Assembly: GCA_009602725.1 (NCBI GenBank) | Contig: WELB01000002.1 | Coordinates: 1,470,180-1,534,179, forward strand | Source of the DNA: Spirogloea muscicola | Lineage: Eukaryota | Reading direction: 5' to 3' | DNA: 64,000 nucleotides | Shown: positions 11,661 to 24,552 of the stretch, piece by piece | How the letters are laid out: each line of letters starts with the position of its first letter | How positions within the stretch are numbered: position 1 is the stretch's first letter | Notes under the pieces: model-generated | Seen by the model: only the letters and a program-made list of their open reading frames with translations | Told to the model about the DNA's origin: nothing | The model's database searches: none | Position numbers and translations under genes: made by a program

Positions 11661-14600
11661 CGCAGCCGCCGGCGGGGCGCCTGGCGGCGGCTCGGCGCTT
11701 CAGCGGCGCCGGCGACAAGCTCGTGTGGGTGTGGACGGCCAGCCAGGCCGCCATGACGGCCGCCGTGGAGGCCGGGTGGACGACGCTCGTCTTCGCCGGC
11801 CGCGACGCCGCCGAGCGGGCCGCCGCGTGGGCCGGTGCGCCTCTGTCGCCGCTGCCGCTGCCGCTTGCCATCGCCAACATTGGCGAGGCCGCCGTCTTCA
11901 ATGGGCGAGCCTGACGCCTCCGCCGCCGCCGCCGTGGGACCCGCAGCGCTGGCGAGGCTCCAGCCGCTGTTCCTGGACGACGCCCGCGGCGTGCTCCTCG
12001 ACGGCGGCGCCGGCGGCGCCGTCGTGGCCCCGATCCTCAGAGTGGAGAGCGGCGCCGACGTCGCCGCCGTCGCCGACCTCGCTGGCGGGACCAGCGGCTT
12101 CGTCGTCGTCGACGCCATGGACTGGCGGGTGAAGCGTCGTGCTCTCCAGCTGCAGCTTGCTCGGCGCCTGCTGGGCCGCATCCAGGACAGACCGACGCCC
12201 ATTGCACACAGTCCCGTCAGAACCTGGCCTAAGTCTAGACGCAGTTTTGGTACCTTACGGGCAGTCCTCATTCCTTTATTCGCATAGCACCGCAATGCTC
12301 AAGCTCAGGCTAAAATTTGAGCTCAAGCCTGAGCTTTATCGGTACTCAGATACAACTTGAAACATTGACCACAAATGGTTCCGGACTGGCCGACAAGTTC
12401 ATCTGAATGCGGCCCTCAAATTTCTAGCCCTCAAGCACGCAGCAGAAGAGGCAGAAGCTGCGCTCTTCTGCTGGAGGTTCGTCCATCATGCTTTGGCAAC
12501 TGCGCTGCCAGGGACTGATCCGTGCATGCACAGCGTGACACGCGCAGATGATACCCGCGGAGAATCTTGTGGCAGCCTTCCAGGGCTCCGGCACCCAGAT
12601 CCTGATGCTCACTGGCTCTGCTACCGACGCTCAGGGGATGCTTGAGGTGCGCTCCTCACTGACACCATACTGGGGTTTCACAAGTCAGGGCTCAGGGTTC
12701 TGGTCAAGCTATGGGGCCTGCCGCGAAACAGTGAGCTTGAGGTGGTGCAGTCAGTGGTTTGCCCCGCCGGATCTATGTCTTGCACTTCATGCCGTGCCCG
12801 CATGTTGCCAGAGCTGGTCTTAGAAATTCCTGGCTTTTGCGCTCTAGGTGCTTACGGCATCTGATGGCAGAGCGTCAGGATGTTGGCATCTTACAGCCCG
12901 GGGCCTGCTCCCTTGCAGGCGCTGGAAGTCGGCACTGATGGCACTGTGCTTCGCACAGATGACGTTGAGCAGGTCTTGGCACTTAAGGTTCGCAGCTTCC
13001 CCCAGTGCCTCCGCCTACGCAGTCTTGCCAGTAAGTCTATCGGAGTGACCTTCCGTGGCCTGTGCGTGGTTCTGCAGGAGTACTTTGCCAGGAAGGCTGC
13101 AACTGAGGCCGCCTTGCTGCTTGAGGTGGCCACTGTCGTATCAGTCGAGCCCGCTGGTATGGGCGACCGCGTGTGCGTCGATCTCACCACACTGCTGGCG
13201 CCCGGCGAGGGTTTGCTGGTTTGTGCCCTCCTGTCGCTGCCCATATGCCGGAGCACGGGACCAGTGCCAGAAGGTGACTGGGCATTTCTGGCTCTGGTCT
13301 CGTACTTGAACGCATCTCGCAGAGTCTCACAGTCATTTCTCACAGAGAAAGGGGAGACACTTCACTGCTAGTTGAGCAGGCCAACCTGTGCTTAAAGTTT
13401 AGAAGCTGACCCTTTCACAACATCTGATTGGTGTGCATGCTCTTCTGCATAGAAGTCAATTCCGCCGTGACCTTCCATCTGTTTGCAATAAGGGGAGCAG
13501 AGACTATTAGCGCCTGCTCCTCGTAGACGTACTCGGGAATGGTCGCAGTAACTCTTCTAGTCAGCTGCTCGTTTATAGCCTTGGTTGTTGCATTGTGACG
13601 CGCAGGTTGGATCGTTTGCTAGAGCTCTCTTCCTAGTCCACTCCGAATGCTTTGAGTGCGACTACGTGCCCAGCAGGCCCTTCCGCGTGAATGCGGTGAG
13701 GTCATTGCCATGACCTGCTGAGTCTCAGAACAGGGTTTCTAGTAATTTCTGAGCTTCTGACACAGCCACTGTGGCTCATCCTGTGGTCAAACCCTGTTAC
13801 ATTGGCAACGGTGTAGCCATATTCATGCAGTGCGATCTACTCAACACAGTGTTTGGCTTGGTCCATGCCAAGTATCTGAATTCTTTTCTTTTCTTATCCT
13901 GTTTGTGATGCTAATGGCAGGGTGCCGTCCACTCATATGTAGCGGGGCCAGGCGGCAAGACCAAATATCTGTCGGAGCTGCAAAGCGGCAGCTCTGTGTT
14001 GGTGGTTGACGCCCACGGTCGCAGCCGGATTGCAACGGTTGGGAGGGCAAAGATTGAGTCTAGGCCTCTCATGCTGATTGAAGTTGAGGTGAGTTGCTTG
14101 CTCAGCTCTTGCATGCTGTGATGGACAAGGAACCCTCCATCATGCAGGACTTGCAAGACTACCGGAGGAGAAGTCTTGCCAGGGGTTCAACTATTATAAG
14201 GGTGCTGCAGCGGCTTGGCTTTTCAGGGTTGTCGTAGGTTGTGAAGAATTGAGAAATTCTAGCTTGGCATTCGGGGTGGCTGCTTTGTGTTATGCCTTCT
14301 GAATAATACCTGCTGCGCACCACTTTTAGGCCGTGCTTGCAAAGCCTGACTATCATTTTCTTTCCTAGGATGCTGAGAAGCAGCGCCACAGTGTCATGCT
14401 ACAAAATGCTGAGACTGTTCGGCTGGTCACTTCTGGCCGAGAAGGTTAGTCATTGGCTCTGATGGTGACCCCCAGTTGCAAAACGGGTGGTCTCAAGTCG
14501 CAAAACGAATGCACATTTCTCACCGTGTTGTTAGGGATTCCCATAGCAGCAATCGAGGAGCTCATATTACTTGAACCAGCGCAACCTGTCTGACAATGAC

Positions 14601-14853
14601 ATCAATGTGCAGCCAATGTTGACCTTCATGAGATTGGCAAGCATGGCCTTTCAATGTCTATATACAACTCTTGTTATTCAGTGATGTTACTGAAAGCACC
14701 ACTTGCCACATTGCAATGCTTGGTGGTGCAGAGCACTCGCATCAGGCTATCGCCACGTCAGCTCTCAAGCCTAGCGACCAACTTGTCTTCCTCCGGCAGG
14801 AAGGTGGGCGGCACACAGGCATCAGCGTCCAGGAGTTCATCATTGAGAAGTGA
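11661..14853 (+). CDS. 3-dehydroquinate synthase II (archaeal AroB'-type, plant homologue; start in the gap)
   Basis: [94 protein letters not shown] and [14 protein letters not shown]. Confidence 0.93.
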
Positions 14854-15790
14854 TCTCATGTACCTTTGGTCAATCAATTACCATGGAAGACTTATGCTAT
14901 ATCAATACTACCCTAAACGTCTTACAAGCCTAAGGAGCCTTCATACTGCTTGGTGCTCCTTCACATGTCACTTACTTAGAGCTGTTATGATGAGCACGCT
15001 CCCTTGTAGCCCGCTACTCTTTTGCAACTACCTGGCCTCCTTTGAGCCTGTCACGATAAGAACGCCTGTTGGGGCTTTTCGAATTGCCTGCCCCTATTTG
15101 AGCCTGTCGTGGTAAACCAGGATATGGGGACAATTCTGAGACAGTCATTGACAACAAAAGAACATCAACAATACTTGCTAACTCTACCCGCTCAGAATCT
15201 GAATGGGAGGCTGGGCTCTCGAGTCCGGTCAGCAAATCAAATAAGCACATCTGGCCTTGACATCCCTGTTAGCCTGAGAAGGCCGATAGAGCACCCTGTA
15301 GACAACACAACAAGCGGCTCGTGCTCGTGCAGACGGAGGTCTGGGCAGCCAACCAAGGAGTGCCGCCATAGTGCAAATAGTGCTTGAGGCTGCAATTGTG
15401 TCTTTCAAGGCACTTGTTGCACAAAGTCCGAGGCACAGAGACTCCTACTGAGAGGTTGTTTCATACAGAATGGTGGTGCACAGCACAACCGAGAGTCTCC
15501 TAGCACAATAAGCCTTGGAAGGGACCAGAGAAGGACCATACCATGAAGGTAGGTAACCAACACCCAGCAACCACGCACATGTCGTCCTGAACGACCATTC
15601 GCAGAGGAACTTGAGACGAATGAGATGTGCACTATCCTGGACGTAAGACCAGAAGGAAGATTGCACTTCTTGCATCTTACTTCCAAAACCAGGCCACTAA
15701 GGAAAGGGGATATACTCAGGGACCTCGAAGAAGGAATAGTTAGAGCCTGGCACTCCGAAAAAGTCTCTCACATAGATAATGAGCGAGGGG

Positions 15791-15857
15791 GAGAGAGAGA
15801 GAAGGCGCGCGGTGCGCATGAAATTAAAGCGAGGCCAATTCAAGCCATTACATTGTT
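15791..15857 (-). mobile_element. Solo 3'-end fragment of the retrotransposon ('B'-type UTR)
   Basis: GAGAGAAGGCGCGCGGTGCGCATGAAATTAAAGCGAGGCCAATTCAAGCCA matches 27580-27640, which is attached to a ...SDLFVLTRGY* ORF end. Confidence 0.75.
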
Positions 15858-17133
15858 AAAGGGGACGAATGGTGGGAGATCACAATTGCTTGGATGGCTT
15901 TGACGAGCTTTGGCAAGATGGTGCACTCAAATCACAAGTACCTGGTACATGCTACACAACAGCAGTGACTAACAAGATTCACCAGATTGCCACTCCAGAA
16001 GTGCAGTGCTTGTGGCACATGTAAGATGCACATGCTCTGTCGTGTTGAGGCACGTCATCCATCCGCTTGGTGTAAAGAGGGAGTAGCAAGCATGGCAAGT
16101 CCAACCCGCTTGGGTCAGGGAGCAGGCTTATCCTGCCGCCCGTGCCTCACATGGCATCAGCGCGCAAGCCCCATCTGTTACTCGTGCTGCACAGAGAGAA
16201 GGCCTTCAGGGATTGACTGCTTGATGAGCTGTGGCGAGTACCATTGAGGCAGCAACAACTAAGGATGTTAGTGGGAGAAAGTGACAGCCTCAGGCTACAC
16301 GGGCGTTTGGGGTCAGGGGTGCCAAATGGGCCAGATGGCCTGCCCCAAGAAACGATGAAATACTTAACGAGACCAAGCATAAGGAGAGGAAACATTCTTT
16401 CAGTAGAGGGTGATGGCTTTGAGTGGCTAGCCCAGCAAATGAATGAACAAAGGGGTGTGGAGGGCCGGGGCTGAGTAGTTCTCTCGGCCCAGTCTGTCAC
16501 TCTTGCAAGACTGCCCCGCGCCGCCGCTGCCGCCACATTGCCGAAGGGCGTTGATTGCTCCTACTGTGCCACGTCAAGAAGGCATGAGCGTGGAGGAAGG
16601 GCAGCAGCGCAGCTAGAAAGTGAATATTCACAGGCGAACATGGATCCTCACTACAATCCTTTACCCTTGTGCTGAGCATCCACTTCCAGAGACATCTCCG
16701 TAAAGGCTTGACACGACTCACTATCTTGAGATTGTGATATCGTGAATAAAGGCCACATCTAGTATGTAAAAATCACGACCTACTCCTACTCCAGATTACT
16801 TGTGCAGATTGAGTATATACCAGTTAGAGATTTGGCTGGTGGCATCATCGAGGTTTCAAAACTATCACCGGGAGTCTTCTTCAATGTCTGCCCTTACACC
16901 TTCTCATGTTGCTGCAAGGAATACACATAGCTCCTTCAGCTGCTGATCATGACTTCCCTTGCAATCATGCTGCTTGATCGATTCCCTTTGACGTGCTGTT
17001 TATGTCAAGCTAAGATTATGAGCCAAACCTTTGGCCCTGAATACATAATTGACTTGCACACGCCTGGCATCAAAGACGAAGATGTGAACAGGCTATATTG
17101 GGTCAGGAATTGTAGCTTCTGCACCTTGTCATA

Positions 17134-20100
17134 CTATTGCAGCTCCTCCGATGCAAGGCACTGTCGCTTACGCTCTTGTATCACACTGTGACCTTTTTGT
17201 GCCTCATACTCGGACTTCTGCTTCTTTCTTAACCGCTTCAGCTTTCTCCGCCTCAGCTTTGACTGCAGCTTCTGGTCCTGCTGCGCAGACTGGCCATGGT
17301 CCTCGTGTGTAGATAGGCTCTGTTTTGGAGCCCTATGCAGAGATTGGTCTCCAGTGCCTGCCTCACAGAATTGTTCCTTCTGTCGTACTGTTGCGGGCTG
17401 TCTGGTCCCAAGCTTGTTGGACTCAACTGAAGGTACACGAGCTAGAACGGCCACAAAGAAACCGTCCATCTTGTCCCGCTCAGAATCTGTCCGAAGTAAG
17501 TGATGAGCTGCATCATGAGCTTGTTACTTGTAAGTGTAGGTCAAGGCAGCACAACATACAAAAACCTTGGAATGCCTCACTAGCACGTGCCTTGCATAGG
17601 TTCTTACACCACCGTGGAGCGTCGGCTTGCACAGTAGTACACAGTTTCATGCAAGTCATGTATTATGCAAGTCACGCAGCACAAAGTGTGTTCAGAGAAG
17701 AGTATCAGGAACTGACCTCCTGGGAAAACAGGCAGCCCTCGATGAGGCCATTCTGGAAAGGCGCTGACAAGCTTGAAGCTTGTGTTAGATGAGGGGCTGA
17801 GCACAGCAGCCACAACGTCCTCATTTTCGCGTTGATGCACAGAGCAGGTGCTATACACCACCCTTTCAACAGAAGGAACTGCAACAATAATAAATGTGAT
17901 GCCACAGCTTGATCATTCAGACGTATCAAACAAGTCACAAATATTCAAGTCAATGATACCAGGCCCCAAAGATGGAGCTTTGCATGGTATTACAGCATTG
18001 TCTCAAGCATTCAATCTGGCCCACTTGGCCAGGTACTGCATACGTCGTAAGCATGCAGGGTAGTGCGACCCTTTAACCAGACAGGAAGTTGCTGGGTACT
18101 CAATGACTAATGGCAAGCAGGATGCACCACACAGAACTTACAAGAAAGTGCATGGCGAAGTGCCTTCTCCTGAAAATTGCCAAGGTTCTCCAGGCGCTGC
18201 ATGTCCTGTTTGAGGTTCTCTGCCACAGGCAACCGTGTCAGCATCACGACAGAGATCCTCAACCCCTGATGACACAAAAGGTCTTGGAGTACGGTGCTTT
18301 TCATGAGCATAAGATGGTCGAACATGTACAGTACGCTAAGTCATTACTGTTGTTCTCAGTGGCTCCCTTTGACTTTCAGAAGAAAGCATCGTCTGCCTAG
18401 GCGGGGCAATGTAGTCACCCTGGCCTGATGAAGGTAGAAGGTGGTCTTGTCGTTGCGCTGACATTCCCGAACCCGAGCACGAAGGATCCAGGAGCACACC
18501 TTGGACCTGTAATTTCAACTAATTAAATCACTAGATGAAATGGCTTCACGACTCTGAGGAGGTCCTCAGAGACATGAGAGTTGATAAGACTTTCTGTTAT
18601 CATCTTGACCTATATGAGCAGATCAGAAGCTGCGTGAAACACTTGACGTCACATGTAGATAGTCAAGAATATGTTGTAGTCACACCCAACCCACTCTTGC
18701 CAAGTCTGGTGAAGCTGGGTCCATTTCCAAGAAGTCTTGAAGTCTTGGCTCAACATCTGAAAGCCTTGGTCAAGGCAATCATGCATCTTGATGATCAGAA
18801 GGCTCGCAACTGAGCTTCAATGCGATGGAAACTGTGCATACTGAGGCCGGCAGACAGTTGCCCTTCTTTTAAAACAGCAAAGCAGCTTAATTGATGGCCC
18901 TTATCTGAAGCTTTGAGGAGGATACTGGAAGCACCAGCAAGCTCCACGGTGCACTTGAGGCGCTTAAAGCGACCCCTGTCCTTCTCGCAAGCTATTATTC
19001 GACCTCGTCCATTCATCAGAGCTGCAAGGTGCACTGTCTTGTTGCCAGGTGCAGCACAAGCATCAATGACCTGGAAAAGGCACCAGAACACTATATTGTG
19101 GAACTGCAGGACCCACTTCATCTGCAGTGTTCTGGTGCTTCATTTATGACCCTCTGGTCCACTCCCTTGCTTGTCCGCTTGCTAGAACTCGGCACACCAA
19201 GCCAGAGAAGTAGAAGTACATGCAAGCTTGTTATGGAGGACTGCTGTGACAATATTTTGACGAAGGAGACTCAGTGAGTTATCTTGAAAGAGTCAATCAA
19301 CATCTTTCAACACAGTGCTGAATGCAAGCATGTAATTGCAGAAGTGGCTGAGCAGTTTGGCGCACCTCCCAAGAAGGCTCTGGGGCTAATGCTTGAGCCG
19401 GTAAGCAACTGGCCTTTCCCTGCTAACATATTTGAGTTCAATCATAAAAATCCTCGAGTGCCTACTCATCAGCAGAAGACTGATGTCACCTTGCTTGAAG
19501 CAGATCAGTGACTGCTATCATACTCCCGTCCTCTTATTGAAAATATCACATCATAAGCAGATTACTTTCAAGCGTCTGCTAACAACACATGTTCATTGGA
19601 CACAGACAGACTGCTGTGCCCACTGACCACAAGCCGGATCAGAATTGATAACATTGGAGATGTGCCTCACTTGAAGAAGCAATAAGCCACTCCTCACAAG
19701 GTAGTGGTCATGGAGGTCTGTGCCTGGCGGGAAAACCAAGAGCTCAGGAATCAAGTCGTCCTTCCTTATCTGCAACCATAGATGCAGGGCAACTACATGA
19801 CAAATTATCGCAAATGGAAGCTTTGCAAGATGATTGCATCAGATTGTCACAGCTCTTGAAGTACCGATACTCATGGTAGTTCCTCCGACCAATATCCTAA
19901 GGCAACTGGAATTTTAGACTTCTTGTCGCAACACCTATGCATCTGCTGCGTGCTTGGTTTACCCAGATTACCGTGAGACTGGCGTGTGATGTAGTGAAGT
20001 CGTCTATCACATCCTGGACAGTTGTCCTCAGGGTATTCACCCGAGCATATCTTGGCATCTCATATCCTGCAGAGTTGCTGCCAAGATTGGGTCTTGTGCC

Positions 20101-21280
20101 AATGTGTGCAGCTGACTGAGGGGCGGTGCTATGTTTCCCATGTTCCTTGCCATACCAGTGCATGCTGAAGATGTCTTGCAATCAAGAGCACTTTCTTCAC
20201 AGTTTCATTTAGCTGATTAATCAAAGCAGTTGTAAAGATTGTGTGTCAAAGAGTTGGGGGTCACGCGCACCTGCAACTTTAGATTGAAGGAGGTCCTTTG
20301 CGGAGGAGACCTGCCTCTTGACCAGTAGCCTTGCAAGACATGCCCTTAGAGCACTTTTGCGGGCAAGGACTGCTTGCTCCGCTTTGCCAGCTGGCACCAG
20401 GCCCTAGATATAGGTAGCGTAGCAAAGTGTCAGCCTGAGTAGCTGACGAGGTGAACAGATGTATTAAGAGAAATGCAACCCCATGAGAACGGCGCACAAC
20501 GTAAAGACCTGGCCAAAGAGGAGGTCGTACACTAGTACGTACGCCAGCTCCGCTTGCATCTGCTTGTGGTTCACAAGAAAAAGCACAAATGCAAATCAAG
20601 AGGTGCCTCTCTAATTGGTATTCAAGTCGTCCTGAAGAATTGGGGCCTGCAGTTGCAATTGCCAATAGAAGCAGACGGACTTGAAGATGTGAGTTCCTTC
20701 ATGTCTCTTCTCCTTGCGGCTTAGCCTTTCTGCTTCTCCTCCTAGCAACCTAACGCCAGGTATGAACAGATTGAGCAGAATAAGGAGCTAGCAGTGGACC
20801 TACCTGACACAACGGAATCCTACTCCTGATGCAACAGTTATCATCATCACAGCTTCGAGGTACCCAGACGGGGTGAGACTGTCACCTTAGCAGAGCTCTT
20901 CAGCAAGTCTGTGGCGGCCACAACCTCCTTGAGCACGGGCAAATCTGGACAAATTTAAGAGGAGAGGTCGGAATGTATGGTAAGTGCACCGTCTAATAAG
21001 GGAGCCAATCGCATTGGGAGCTCATCACTCATGTCTGATTGATGAACTATGCACATGGCTCGCTTACTCTAGCAAGTCCCGCAAGAGACGCGCAGCTTAT
21101 GACTTTGGCCTTACATCTCAGAGTTTCGCACGTGAGGGCATAGGTGGCCTTCTTGGCAACAACAGCCGGCGCCAGCGCCAGCGACTTGATGGAGGCCCCA
21201 TCGCTCCTGCTGGCATCCGCAGCCAGGACCCTGGCGAGGATGCTGGCCACCTGCAGGTAGACCTTCCTGGGAACCCCCAT
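17134..21280 (-). CDS. NSUN5: 25S rRNA cytosine-C5 methyltransferase NSUN5/Rcm1 (multi-exon)
   Basis: ASIKSLAL...KATYALTCETL, PRYARVNTL, DDLIPELLVFPPGTDLH, VIDACAAPGNKTVHLAA, LLDPSCSGSG, VYSTCSVHQRENEDVV and DGFFVA. Confidence 0.94.
18757..18925 (-). other. Probable U12-type (minor spliceosome) GT-AG intron in NSUN5
   Basis: 5' site GTATCCTC; branch point CCTTGAC 12 nt from the intron 3' end; no strong pyrimidine tract. Splicing restores ELAGAS|NVEPRLQDFL. Confidence 0.75.
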
Positions 21281-21511
21281 GACAGCTCGGCGCTGGCGCA
21301 GCGAGCTTCGGGCCGCGCAGACCACGCCACGGGAGCGCCCGGGACGGTGCGGCGAGGTGCTGCGGGCCCTAAAGCCCAACCATATTCCAGCAGCATTCCT
21401 TCTTTCGGGTTCACCGTCCTCTACATACTCATTCTACTGGAAGCGTCTCCACTTCTTTCGGGCTTGCCAATGCATGCCAACGCTGTAGCATTGGCACTCT
21501 GCAGCTCTCCC

Positions 21512-21974
21512 TATCTGGGCTGGCCTCTCACAAACCATTGCCGTACATTGAAAGAGCTGCTCTCTCAAGGAGGAGATACTATTTCCGCGGCCTCCGGGTC
21601 TCGGCGGAGTGCCTTCCCTGCCTCGAGCTACTCGGACCTGATGTTGCTCACTCGGCGGGTACTGAGCTTCCCTAGTATGTTGTCGTGATTGGTAGAGTAG
21701 AGGAGTCCTTCCTCGGCATCTCATTCTTCGGCTTTGGACATTGTCCATTCTTTTTGGGCTGGCTTTGCCAGCCCCTCTTTCGGCGGCCTCCGGGTCTCGG
21801 CGGAGTGCCTCCTTCCCTGCCTCGAGCTACTCGGACCTGATGTTGCTCACTCGCGGGTACTGAGCTTCCCTAGTATGTTGTCGTGATTGGTAGAGTAGAG
21901 GAGTCCTTCCTCGGCATCTCATTCTTCGGCTTTGGACATTGTCCATTCTTTCTCTATGGGCGAGCCTTCTTCTT
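21512..21974 (+). mobile_element. Cluster of retrotransposon 3' ends with an internal ~165-bp duplication
   Basis: Two copies of SYSDLMLLTR(G)Y* plus UTR (21587-21753 and 21783-21951), homologous to 63385-63600. They are preceded by another subfamily's terminal hairpin at about 21515-21565. Confidence 0.85.
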
Positions 21975-23105
21975 ATTTCCAAGGGGGGGCGAGGAGAACA
22001 GCTCGACCAATTTACGCTTAGTGAGATCTGACGACAGGTCTCACGAAGCGACTGTTGGGCTCTGGAGCCGACTGTTGAGCTGGGTCCATGGGAACGTTCA
22101 TTGTTGCTTCATGACCAGTGACAGCATAAGGTCACATTTGCATGAGCCTCGAAGTTTGACTCGTCCAGAAGGAAGCTTCTCAGCTACTAGTCATAATATA
22201 GGTTCTTAGCCCAGTCCTAATTTGACAAGGGAAGGGTCAGTCACTACAATGTTCTTGACATGAGGTCTGTGAGATTTGCAGCATCCGTCATCATACCCTT
22301 GAGCATTGTATTGAGTAAAGTGCAAAATCTCCAACACCCTCGATGCCTGAATAGCTACACTTGATCATTGCAGACTTTCTGCCAACGCGCAGGTCCATCT
22401 ACACATTCATCTTCATTAGGTTGATTCATACTGGCAGCAGGCAGTAAACAATTTGGACGTTGACCAAAGGGGAGAGTAAGGGCTATCTTAGCAATTGTTA
22501 TGGTCAGACATGCAAATGCGCTGTCACCAACCTTGGGAGAAATCATCCGAGCCACTACAAGCTACTGTTTACAAAAAGAGTCACAGGACACTTCCAGACG
22601 ATTCGTAGCCTCTGATCAGCCAGACCGTCAGCCTACCACATAATCTCGTGACTTTAGGTCCACTTTAGGCAGTTCTGTATGTCTGTCTCCTGTTACTTTT
22701 GCTATATGCACTGTGCAAATCTGCCATGCCATCACTGCATGCGATCTGACTACCTCTCTAGTTAGTCTGGCTCGTGAAGTACATGTCTATTTTGATCTGC
22801 ATACCACATGGTCCTTACATGATGAGATCGCTTGTCGATGTGCTCTGGCGACCAACTCCATCTCGCATAACTGCTGTCGTGCAACACCATGTCTCGTGCA
22901 AAATCATGTCTTGCTTAATATGTTGATCTGAACGAGAGCTGACCTGCCTTGTAAATTTCAGGCTTAGTCATACTTGTCCGGTGTGAAATGGGTGAAGAGT
23001 GGGGACCTCTTCCTGACTTAGGTCAAGGCAAAGCGCCCAGTCAGACCTTATTGTAGTGGCAGCAGAAGCCAGGGATGTGTCAGCCCACCTCCCAGGCTCT
23101 CCATC

Positions 23106-23780
23106 CTACAATAGGGGGCTACCTGGTGGTGCTGGGACTATGAAACCCTCTGCATCAGCCGCCCTCACTATCCAATCATGAGGGCGGCCGGCTGGAGTAC
23201 ACCCCAGGATGACAGCACCAGGCAAAGGTGGAGGGGCAAGCCTGCGAGCACTAACATCTTCAATTTGCAGCATAAGTAAGCGTCTCAGGACAGCAACCGC
23301 AAACTTCTTCGCCCGACGATATGTCTGCACGTCCTGTGATTGTACCCACGCCTTCCAATGGAGATCAAGTTGAGGGTACCCCGCCTCAACAACCCTCATC
23401 AAAGGCGAGTCAGTGGGGGCTAATCTCGCCCTCTCCTGACTCGCCAACTCCGCCAACCGGGCCTGGTAGGCTGCAGCTGCATTGGTGCGCAAGTTGGCGA
23501 AGTAAGTCCTCACCTCTCTGCGTTCTGAATGGATACCTAAAACGGACGCCCATACTTCGTCCGTGAGCCCCTCAGGCCGCGATGGCTTTTGCCGGGCTTT
23601 TGCATTCGCCCTGGCAGCTCTCCATGCACTAAACCAAGGGCTAACGTCGGCGTCTCCAAGCAGCCGCTCAATCACATGATGCTCGGGCCTTAAGCCAAAC
23701 TGAGCCTCAAAAGCCGCCGCCAGGGCTTGTAGGTCATCAGCGGGGACGAGGTCCTCACAGTGCTCCAGCGCAGCTGCGTC
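23106..23780 (-). CDS. Unidentified open frame (224 codons plus stop), possibly TE-derived or an orphan exon
   Basis: Stop-free from 23780 (DAAALEHCEDLVP...) to TAG at 23106, with protein-like composition. No recognised motif and no clear start codon. Confidence 0.3.
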   Translation of the reverse strand, partial: DAAALEHCEDLVPADDLQALAAAFEAQFGLRPEHHVIERLLGDADVSPWFSAWRAARANAKARQKPSRPEGLTDEVWASVLGIHSERREVRTYFANLRTNAAAAYQARLAELASQERARLAPTDSPLMRVVEAGYPQLDLHWKAWVQSQDVQTYRRAKKFAVAVLRRLLMLQIEDVSARRLAPPPLPGAVILGCTPAGRPHDWIVRAADAEGFIVPAPPGSPLL

Positions 23781-24552
23781 CTACCAGCCCAGTTGGCACA
23801 GCACACGAGTCAGAAGAGGGCGCATTTAGCCCCAGCTGACTCGCTTCTGATGGCGGCGGAGGAGGCGAGGATCTAGTGTTGATCTGCATTGGAAGGCGTG
23901 GTAAGGGTCACAGGACGCGGAGCCGCGTACTTGGGGTGTAGCATCCGCAGTTGCTGTGGTGGAGTACTTACTTCTGCTTCGTCCTCAAAGCCAAATGCTC
24001 GCACGCTTGCCCGTCCACCACCGCCTGGCGCGGGCATCCTGGGCGTGTGCCGGCAGCCGCCAGCCGCTCAAGATTGGACTCCGAAGGTGGCCGATGTGGG
24101 GCAACTGCCGTCGCAGCGCTACTTGGAAAGCCCTGATGCCCGGAGGGGACTAGAAAATTTCGTGTATTTGAAACAAACATAGAGGGGACTAGAGGGGGTG
24201 GGTTTGGTTGAGAGAGAAGCCGCGCGGGGCGCATGAAATGAAAGGGAGGCCAATGCAAGCCAATACCTTGTTCAGGCAGAGTCTAGTGCAAACTAAACAA
24301 GGCTACATAATACGGAGACCTAAATTAAGGTGCCTAAGGCCCGTCCACCACCGCCTGGCGCGGGCATCCTGGGCGTCCTGCCGCCAGCCGCCAGCCGCTC
24401 AAGATTGACTCCGAAGGTGGCCGATGTGTGGCAACTGCCGTCGCAGCGCTACTTGGAAAGCCCTGATGCCCGGAGGAAAGATTTCGTGTATTTGAAACAA
24501 ACGAAGGCCAAATGGCTCTCCCCCGGAGGGGACTAGAAAAGAGATCGACTAG

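Noticed and set aside
5959..12295. Long ORFs in the track that span the N gaps (for example 403, 412 and 584 aa)
   Set aside because: Artefacts of translating through N runs and stop-poor GC-rich DNA.
14900..17100. Possible extra gene between DHQS2 and NSUN5
   Set aside because: Only short ORFs with no recognisable homology or consistent splice pattern; possibly a decayed element.
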